Of a DNA stretch of 52,355 nucleotides, positions 8,441 through 15,983 are shown piece by piece. The stretch is taken from the IMG/VR virus record IMGVR_UViG_3300020183_000108, positions 1 to 52,355 of that record, one strand, 5' to 3'. The DNA is from a virus. Taxonomy: Duplodnaviria; Caudoviricetes. A program made the translations under genes and the position numbers. A model generated the notes under the pieces. The model saw nothing but the letters and a program-made list of their open reading frames with translations. It did not search any database and was not told the DNA's origin. Positions within the stretch are counted from its first letter, which is position 1. The number at the start of each line of letters is the position of its first letter.

Positions 8441-11400
8441 ATGGCATCAGGTCTTTACTATGCACCGCTTGAGTTGGCAGAGAGCTTGGCTATGCCGGTT
8501 GCGCCGGAGAGCACTACACAAGCCTCTGGTTTGGGTAATCTCGGTGCTGCCGGTGATGTGTATGGCATCACCACTGTCGGCGGGAACGCCGGTGATATTT
8601 ATGGTCTCACACAGCAAGCTATGCAGAGGACCGCTGGGCTTGCACCTCCACTCCCGGCGCCGCCCACGGCAGCACCCGAAGGAACCGGCGCCGCTTTCTA
8701 TAGCCCGTCCACTGGTAAGATGTTCGCCGGTGGTATGGCGTTTGACCAGCGTGATGTTCAGTCGGCGCTTCGCGCAGCGCAGCAGTTTACCGCAGCCGCG
8801 GGTACTCGCCCTCCTCCAGATGTGCCTGACTGGCGACCCATATCGCGGGTGGCATATGAGAACTATCTTACTGGTTTGAGTGCCCCTCGCGGTTTCGGTG
8901 AGAACCTCGTACTTGGTGCACGCGGCGCTGTTGGTGGGTTTATCAGCGGTATTGGTCGCGGTGCTGAGATGCTTGGTGCCACTACGGTGGGTCCGGCTAT
9001 TGCAGGTGTTGGTGAAGCCATCACGGGTCAGGATGAATTTGACAAGCAACGGTCGGCGCTGATTCAACAGTCTAATTCGCTTGTCAGCAATATCCTTGAT
9101 GCTGCTGTGCAGGGCATCCCATCTGTCGCAATGTCAGCCGGTGCCGGTCTTGTGGGCGGTATCGTAGGCGGTGCCGTTGGCGGTCCTGCCGGTGCCGCTG
9201 CTGGTGCTACCACTGCCGCTACTGCGGCCCAAGCAGGTCGAGCCTTGGCTGCTGCGCGTGGTATCGGCGCTGTTGTTGGCCTTGGTGCGGTCAGCTTTCC
9301 TCAGCAACTCAATACGTTCTATGAAGCGGCGCAGAACGCCAGGGATGCGCAGGGTCGTCCGGCCTATGATGTAAACGACCCAAATGTTCAGCTTACCATC
9401 GCCGGTGCTGCTCTTGGTACATCGCTGCTTGACGTAATCGCCCCGGGTCGCGTCGCGTTTGGTCTATCTCGTGCCCTCACTGAAGGCGCTCAGCAGGCTG
9501 GGACTCAGGCCCTCACCGGGTTGGCCCGAGCCAGGGCAGTCGGCGGGAGCGCAGCTCGCAGCGGGTTTGAAGAAGCTGCCACTGAAGCCGCGCAGACCTT
9601 GGCTGAGCGGGCTGTATTTGACCCTGAGTTCCGTCGGCAGCTCAACGCCGAGGACATGAAGGCGCTTGCCCCATACATCGTCAACACGTATGGCCAGGAT
9701 GTTCTCATCGCAGCCGGTGCCGGTGCGCTTCTTGGTGCTGGATTCGGTGGTGCCGGTCGCTTCATCGAGACAAGGGGTGCAGGTTCTCAGCCGCGTGATA
9801 TCCTCGACCCGAAGCAGACCACTGCTGTTGGTGGCACGGATGCAGGCGAGACTGGTACCGAGCCCACAACCATAGGCGGCCCTCCTCCGGGTACTCCTCC
9901 GGGTACTCCTCCGGGTACTCCTCCGGGTACTCCTCCGGGTACGTCCGGCGTTTCTACTCGCGTTGTTTCTACCTCCCCCGGCGCACTCACTATTGCCCCT
10001 GGGGCTATGGATTTAACGCAGACCGGTTATCTCCAGGCATATGCGCGGCGTATGCCTGATCCCCTTGGTGTTGCCGGTTTTGGTGGTGCGGATGATACGT
10101 TTAATCGTATGGTTTCAGGTCCTGCGCCGGGTACCGAAGCCCCGCTGACATCTTATATCTATCCGGGGCCTATTCTTACTGAGCCCGAACTGACCACTCA
10201 ACCTCGCACTCCACTCAACGTAATCCCGGGTGCTCCTGCTGTTGCACCGTACACACCAACACCTACGGCACCTATTCCATCAGGGTCTCAACCGATTACT
10301 TTGGTGGCGCCGGGGGCCGACGCCCTTCGCGCACAGCGCGGGCTGACAGCTACGGCGCAGCAACGGCAGGTCGAGCAAGACATCCAATCTCGGGTGCAAG
10401 CCAACGCGAGTGCGCCACGTCCTGATGTTCTGTACGATCCGGCTGATCCTGGCACCACTCAACGTGCCATGCGGTCTCTCGGGGTTTCCATTGAGGAAGT
10501 GCTTAGGTTGCGCGACCCTATGCGCGCTATGGCTGGTGCGCCGGTTACGCTTAGGGATGTTAACGAAGCTGCGGCTTTGCTTGGCCGCACCCGCGCCTCC
10601 GGTGCTGTAGCGGTTCGCCCTACCCCGGAAGTGTCTTCCATTATGGCACAAGCCATGCGGGATGCCGGGCTGACTGTTGAAGATGTGGTAGCGGCACGCA
10701 ACCGCCTACGCAGTGGCCCGGTTACTTATGAAGATGTGCGCATTGCTGCCCGGCGCAAGGGTACGGAACTACCGGTTCGTATGGCTCGGACTGCGGCCCC
10801 TGAGCCTATGGTTGAGACGGCTCTCCCTCCTGCGCTTGAAGCACTTGCTGCGGCCCCTACGCCTACGCCTACGCCCGCAACCAAGCTCAAGAAAGGAAAA
10901 GCTCGTGCCGCTCAAGTCAGGGAAGACGAACAAGGTGGTGTCGGCCAACGTACAGGAACTGGTGGACCGGTACCAAGCAAAGGGGAAGATCGGCTCAAGT
11001 CGACCAAAAAACAAAGAGGCGGCGGTCAAACAGGCCGTAGCAATCTCACTCGCCAAGGCCGGGCGGCAGCGCAAGAAGTAACACCTGCACCGGCCACGGA
11101 GGTGGCCGCTCAGCGCCCTTTAGAGCAGCCCGCGCCAAGCGCGACAGAAAGAGCGGCTCCATCCGTAACTCCAAGGGCTGAGGCTGCGGCACCAAGTGCG
11201 GTAGATCGTCAGATCACCCGGGCGGCTACCAGTGCCGACCCGACGGCACAGCTTCGTACACTGAAGAATGAACTGATCACGCGGCGCGACGCGACCGCTG
11301 ATGCTGGTCGCAGTACGACTGAACTGACCGGCGCAATTGCGCGTATTGATGCGCTGCTTGCCGAAGGCCCGATCACCACACCGGCTGTCGAAGGTGTGTC

Positions 11401-14400
11401 CGGTCCGGGTTCACCGCAGTCCGTCTGGGCTTCGGCCATGAACGATGATGGTGTTGGTTACACCCAGATGTCTGAAGATGGTCGCCGCGCTTGGGATAAC
11501 GAAGTGGCTACCAGTCCTGTGCCGCCCACTGCGGAACGGGCTCAGTATTACCAAGACACGTTTCTGCCCCAAGATACCCAGCGCGGCATCAGTTACGTGC
11601 GCAGCCTTGCCAGCAAGCTGGCATCTGCCAGCGATGAGCGATACATTCAGATCACTGAGAAGCTGAGTGAGTTGGCCAGCTCTGATAACCAACGTGTTGC
11701 CGCTGAAGCGCAGCGTGCCCTGGATGGTGAACTATCTGGTACGCCCGGTAAGTTCTCTCTTGCCGGATGGAATACCCGTCAGGGGACGGTCAGCGCCGAT
11801 GGTTCACCCACCACACCGATGGCTGTCGGTCGGGTGCGGATGCTTGTCAATAACTTCGTAGCTAAACTGGCAACCAAACCGAAGGTCACGGTGGTGGCCA
11901 ACCAGCAGGAACTACAGCGCACCAACCCGGCGCTGTATCAGCAAGCCATGGCTGCTCGCCCGCAGGGTGACTTCGCCACGGCCAACGCTGCTGGGTACTC
12001 CTTCGGTGACGGCAACGTCATCATCTTCACTGACCGTATTGTCAATGAGCAGCACCTGCGGTTCGTGCTGGCCCATGAGACCTTCGGCCACTTCGGTATG
12101 CGCGGGATCATGCCCGCAGCGCGCTTCGATGCGCTTATGGAAAACATCTATGAGACAGATGGAAGCGCCAAGCTGGCAGTTGATGCCGCTATGGAAGTGC
12201 GCGGGCTGAGCAAGGCCGAGGCCGTTGAGGAGTATCTATCTGACTACGCTGGGCTGCTTGAGACCAGCACGGTTGCCCGGGTGTGGAACACTATCAAGGG
12301 CTTCCTTGAACGCCTCGGTGTGAAGTTCGGTGATACAGCCACTCGGTACTTCCTTGACCAGTCGCGCCGTTATGTGCGGCAGGGTGCCCAGGGTGTGACC
12401 TTTGATGCAGAGGCGGTGGCAAAGCGGCTGCACGCTGTTGAGTACGGCGATACCGGCACTGGCCGGTTCAGCCCGCAGGCAGCGATGAGCGCCAATGCGA
12501 AGGCCAACTTCTTCGCATCACAACTGGCCGAGTTTCCGACAAGCTTGGCTGATGCTTGGAACACAATCACCGACCAGAAAGAGAATATAGCTGATATATA
12601 CACGGACTTTAAGAACAAGTTCCTCAGCCTTGCAAATTACACCGGGTTGAAGAATCCGGGGGCATTCAAGTTTGTCGATTTATTGAGCCAGACCAATTCA
12701 AAATCTATGGCAGTTAAGTCAGCATTAAATGAATACCTGCGCCCTGTGCTCGATGCTCCCAAGGCTGTGCAAGATAAAATCTCACGCGCCATGTATAGTG
12801 CACGTAGTTACAAGATCAGTCAGTTCAAAGCCGGGGAACTCGGCAAAGAACCTCTGTTCAAGGTTGCTGCTGATGGTAGCCTCACCCCAAATACGGCTGA
12901 GCAAGATCGGATTTTCAAAGCCGGTCTGATGACACTCAAGCAGATTCAAGATGGCTACTCGTACAACCGTGAGATCGAAGGTACTGATGGTAAAGTCACC
13001 ACGGTAGAGGAAACCGTGGCCGGTCAAAAGGACTTCACCAAAGAAGATTACGCTTTGTACGAGCGTACTCGGCGCGCTGTATTCAATGTTGAGATGCAGC
13101 TACTCGAAGCCGAGTATGGCGAGCTCATGGCTAATAAGCGCCTGACCAACAAAGAAATCAGTGGGTTCATGGCAGATAACAAACTCACTGCTGAGGATCG
13201 TCGCTTCGTTGATTCTATGGCACGCCGCGCACTGGCTCTCTACACCGAGGGTGCCGGTACTGACCCCACAGGTAACGCTGTGATTGACCCGAAAGCCATG
13301 AAGAAGTCCGATGATTTCTTGGCCGCTGTTAATACTGCGGTGATCGGCACTGATACAGACCGCACTGAAGCGCCCGATGTCAAAACCGGCTTGAGGATAC
13401 GCGACTACTTTGTTTCGCCGCAGGCGGCTGATGCGTTCATCACTGAGCTGACCGCGTTTAAGAATCGTCGTCGGGAGATCACTGATGACAATAGGTTCTT
13501 CCTACAAGGGAAAGTGAAGCAACTCATTCTCAACGAACACAACCTGAACACCAGGGATAAGATCGCACGCCGCGCTGTGATGACCGGATACACCCCGGTG
13601 TTGCGTGAAGGTAGGTTTCAGACCCGCGTTCAGGCATATGTTGGTAATAAGCTCGTTGAGGTAAAAGACGCGCATAAGGCGCTGCTTTCCTACTCTCAGT
13701 TTAACACCGGGCCAGAAGCTAAAGCTATGGCTGTAATGCTCGATAAGGAGTTCGAGGGTAAGACGTTTGAGGTTTTGGTACGCAATGACGCCGGTGAGTT
13801 TGTGCCCACCAGGGTGACGCTTCGTGCTACGACCGGGCGCACAGTGAATGCCGTAGCCGCTGATCCACAGCTTAACCTACAAGATTTCCTGTATGGGCTG
13901 AACCTGTTCAACGTAAATCTCAACCCGGAGAGCATGGCACGTATTGTTACTACGCTGTCGCGTCAGGGTGATAGCGCACGCAGGCGGTTGGAGTACTCTC
14001 AGACCCCCGGTTTCGATCCAACCACCGGTGTCTATGCCATCTCACGGCATATTGAGGGTCGTGCTTCCACCATTGCTAAGGCCAGCACGCGGCAGGCGCT
14101 GCGCGAACTGATGAACCTCGAACTCCCTGAATCACGCACCCTGTGGACGGGTAACAAGCCCCTGGTAGATCAGTTGCAGGCTGAGTTGAACAGACTCAAT
14201 GCCGACCCAAATGCGTCCGAGGATGCCAAGCGGTACACGCTGCAACAACTCACACAGGCGCAGTATCAATACCGCATGACCAACCCAGAGGGGCGTCCTG
14301 AACGCTCTATGATGTTCTATAACCAGTCTGCCTCCACCATGGACTACCTTGAGGGCAGCAAGTATGTAGATGAGACCGACTTCGGCGCAGGTCCTGTTGC

Positions 14401-15982
14401 TTCTCGGGTCCGTGCTTACACCAGCATATGGCAGCTTGGCGGCAGCATGGCTCAGGGTGTCCTGAACCTGATCAGCCCGTACACTAACTGGATGCCATAC
14501 ATGGCTAGCTTCAATGCAAAGAGCGGCTTCGGTGGCGGGTTCAGTATCGGTAAGGTGCAGGCAGCTTACCACTCAGCTTTCCGTCAGGTGGGTGCGCCGG
14601 GTATTCTCCGCATGGAGATGAACCGGGCTGAGTTCTATGACAACGTGGCCAAAGACCCAGCCCTCCAAAAGAAACACGGTCTGACGGTTGATGAAGCTCA
14701 GGCAATCGCCACTGAAATCCGTGAAGGTAAGCTGATTCCGGCGCAGTCAAATGCACTCATTGCCACTGCGCGGGGGCAAACAACCAACAAGTTTCTGCGT
14801 AAGTTTATCGACGGGTACATGCTCCCGTTTAACTTGTCCGAACAGGCGGCCCGTCGTGCGGCTTTCTTGGCTGCGTACCGCTTGAAGCGGGATCAGGCCC
14901 TCGGCGCCGGTAAGTCTCAGAAGGAAGCACAGCAGGAAGCAAGTGACTTCGCGGTGAAGTCCATCGACCTGACTTTAGGGGATTACTCGGTTCTGAACCG
15001 GCCACCCGCGTTCCGGGCTGGCATCACATCCTTCCTCTATATGTACAAGACGTACCCGACCACCACGATCCAGTTACTGGCCAATCTGTCCCGGCCTGCG
15101 CAACTATCCATGCTGGCAGGGCTGTGGTTCCTTTCCGGCGCTGCGGGTCTGCCGTTTGCTGAGGACCTTGAAGACCTTATTGATACCATCTCGCAGAAAC
15201 TAGGGTTCCGGCAAGGTAGCATCCGGGGTGAGATCATCAAGCACATCGAGGCTACGTTCCCTGGCATGTCAGCGCCGTTCCTCAAGGGCTTGGTAAATGA
15301 GTTCCTGCCAATACCCATGGACATCGCTTCTCGTACTTCTGTTGGTAACATCGTCCCTGGTTCTGGGATTGCCTTGGCTGGGGCAGATGTGGGACGTGAA
15401 GTTCTTGATATTCTCGGCCCCGCACCCGGTTTCCTCCTCGGCGCCGCTTCGATGGCGCGTAACTTGGTGGCGTTCCCGTTCTCGTCACGGGTAAGCCTGG
15501 AAGATGTGGCCCGGGAATCGCCGATCACCCTGCTCCGGTTAATGGGTGACTCGTACGCTTACCTACAGTCGGGTGCCGTGGTTGACCGCCGTGGGTATGT
15601 GGTCAGTAAGGATATGGATGCGGGGACCATTCTTACTCGGTTGTTTGGTTTCTACCCCACGCAGGCGGCAAACCAGTACGATGTTATCCGCATCGCCAAC
15701 CGCACCACTGACTACCAGAAGGAAGCCGTGGCTTCGTTCCGTCACGCTTGGATCAAGGCTACCCTGCGCGGTGATACGCAGACAGCCAACGAGATCATGA
15801 ACGACGTGCGCGAATGGAACAACGCCACACGCGGCACCCCACTGGAAATCAGGAACTTCTCAACTGGTAACGCCAGGGCATTGCGTGAGGCTCGGCGGTC
15901 AGCGAGTGAGCGCGCACTGCGCGCGGCACCCCAGGCAGCACAGGGAGACATCCGGGGGTATATCGACGCCCTGATCGATTAG
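8441..15982 (+). CDS. Giant ejected polyvalent protein with zincin metallopeptidase domain
   Basis: 2513 aa. N-terminal glycine-zipper/TM region, LAHETFGH...AVEEYLS zincin motif at 12074-12091, and a C-terminal helical region typical of large podophage ejection proteins. Confidence 0.8.
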   Translation: MASGLYYAPLELAESLAMPVAPESTTQASGLGNLGAAGDVYGITTVGGNAGDIYGLTQQAMQRTAGLAPPLPAPPTAAPEGTGAAFYSPSTGKMFAGGMAFDQRDVQSALRAAQQFTAAAGTRPPPDVPDWRPISRVAYENYLTGLSAPRGFGENLVLGARGAVGGFISGIGRGAEMLGATTVGPAIAGVGEAITGQDEFDKQRSALIQQSNSLVSNILDAAVQGIPSVAMSAGAGLVGGIVGGAVGGPAGAAAGATTAATAAQAGRALAAARGIGAVVGLGAVSFPQQLNTFYEAAQNARDAQGRPAYDVNDPNVQLTIAGAALGTSLLDVIAPGRVAFGLSRALTEGAQQAGTQALTGLARARAVGGSAARSGFEEAATEAAQTLAERAVFDPEFRRQLNAEDMKALAPYIVNTYGQDVLIAAGAGALLGAGFGGAGRFIETRGAGSQPRDILDPKQTTAVGGTDAGETGTEPTTIGGPPPGTPPGTPPGTPPGTPPGTSGVSTRVVSTSPGALTIAPGAMDLTQTGYLQAYARRMPDPLGVAGFGGADDTFNRMVSGPAPGTEAPLTSYIYPGPILTEPELTTQPRTPLNVIPGAPAVAPYTPTPTAPIPSGSQPITLVAPGADALRAQRGLTATAQQRQVEQDIQSRVQANASAPRPDVLYDPADPGTTQRAMRSLGVSIEEVLRLRDPMRAMAGAPVTLRDVNEAAALLGRTRASGAVAVRPTPEVSSIMAQAMRDAGLTVEDVVAARNRLRSGPVTYEDVRIAARRKGTELPVRMARTAAPEPMVETALPPALEALAAAPTPTPTPATKLKKGKARAAQVREDEQGGVGQRTGTGGPVPSKGEDRLKSTKKQRGGGQTGRSNLTRQGRAAAQEVTPAPATEVAAQRPLEQPAPSATERAAPSVTPRAEAAAPSAVDRQITRAATSADPTAQLRTLKNELITRRDATADAGRSTTELTGAIARIDALLAEGPITTPAVEGVSGPGSPQSVWASAMNDDGVGYTQMSEDGRRAWDNEVATSPVPPTAERAQYYQDTFLPQDTQRGISYVRSLASKLASASDERYIQITEKLSELASSDNQRVAAEAQRALDGELSGTPGKFSLAGWNTRQGTVSADGSPTTPMAVGRVRMLVNNFVAKLATKPKVTVVANQQELQRTNPALYQQAMAARPQGDFATANAAGYSFGDGNVIIFTDRIVNEQHLRFVLAHETFGHFGMRGIMPAARFDALMENIYETDGSAKLAVDAAMEVRGLSKAEAVEEYLSDYAGLLETSTVARVWNTIKGFLERLGVKFGDTATRYFLDQSRRYVRQGAQGVTFDAEAVAKRLHAVEYGDTGTGRFSPQAAMSANAKANFFASQLAEFPTSLADAWNTITDQKENIADIYTDFKNKFLSLANYTGLKNPGAFKFVDLLSQTNSKSMAVKSALNEYLRPVLDAPKAVQDKISRAMYSARSYKISQFKAGELGKEPLFKVAADGSLTPNTAEQDRIFKAGLMTLKQIQDGYSYNREIEGTDGKVTTVEETVAGQKDFTKEDYALYERTRRAVFNVEMQLLEAEYGELMANKRLTNKEISGFMADNKLTAEDRRFVDSMARRALALYTEGAGTDPTGNAVIDPKAMKKSDDFLAAVNTAVIGTDTDRTEAPDVKTGLRIRDYFVSPQAADAFITELTAFKNRRREITDDNRFFLQGKVKQLILNEHNLNTRDKIARRAVMTGYTPVLREGRFQTRVQAYVGNKLVEVKDAHKALLSYSQFNTGPEAKAMAVMLDKEFEGKTFEVLVRNDAGEFVPTRVTLRATTGRTVNAVAADPQLNLQDFLYGLNLFNVNLNPESMARIVTTLSRQGDSARRRLEYSQTPGFDPTTGVYAISRHIEGRASTIAKASTRQALRELMNLELPESRTLWTGNKPLVDQLQAELNRLNADPNASEDAKRYTLQQLTQAQYQYRMTNPEGRPERSMMFYNQSASTMDYLEGSKYVDETDFGAGPVASRVRAYTSIWQLGGSMAQGVLNLISPYTNWMPYMASFNAKSGFGGGFSIGKVQAAYHSAFRQVGAPGILRMEMNRAEFYDNVAKDPALQKKHGLTVDEAQAIATEIREGKLIPAQSNALIATARGQTTNKFLRKFIDGYMLPFNLSEQAARRAAFLAAYRLKRDQALGAGKSQKEAQQEASDFAVKSIDLTLGDYSVLNRPPAFRAGITSFLYMYKTYPTTTIQLLANLSRPAQLSMLAGLWFLSGAAGLPFAEDLEDLIDTISQKLGFRQGSIRGEIIKHIEATFPGMSAPFLKGLVNEFLPIPMDIASRTSVGNIVPGSGIALAGADVGREVLDILGPAPGFLLGAASMARNLVAFPFSSRVSLEDVARESPITLLRLMGDSYAYLQSGAVVDRRGYVVSKDMDAGTILTRLFGFYPTQAANQYDVIRIANRTTDYQKEAVASFRHAWIKATLRGDTQTANEIMNDVREWNNATRGTPLEIRNFSTGNARALREARRSASERALRAAPQAAQGDIRGYIDALID
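9884..9943 (+). repeat. Five copies of a 12-bp tandem repeat encoding (PPGT)5
   Basis: cctccgggtact x4 followed by cctccgggtacg. Confidence 0.95.
10905..11081 (+). CDS. Nested (+1 frame) small basic phage protein of the MPLKxG...KQAVAI type
   Basis: AAGGA SD at 10893-10897, then GTG. Translation MPLKSGKTNKVVSANVQELVDRYQAKGKIGSSRPKNKEAAVKQAVAISLAKAGRQRKK*. Resembles a widespread standalone phage gene. Confidence 0.72.
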   Translation: MPLKSGKTNKVVSANVQELVDRYQAKGKIGSSRPKNKEAAVKQAVAISLAKAGRQRKK

Positions 15983-15983
15983 A

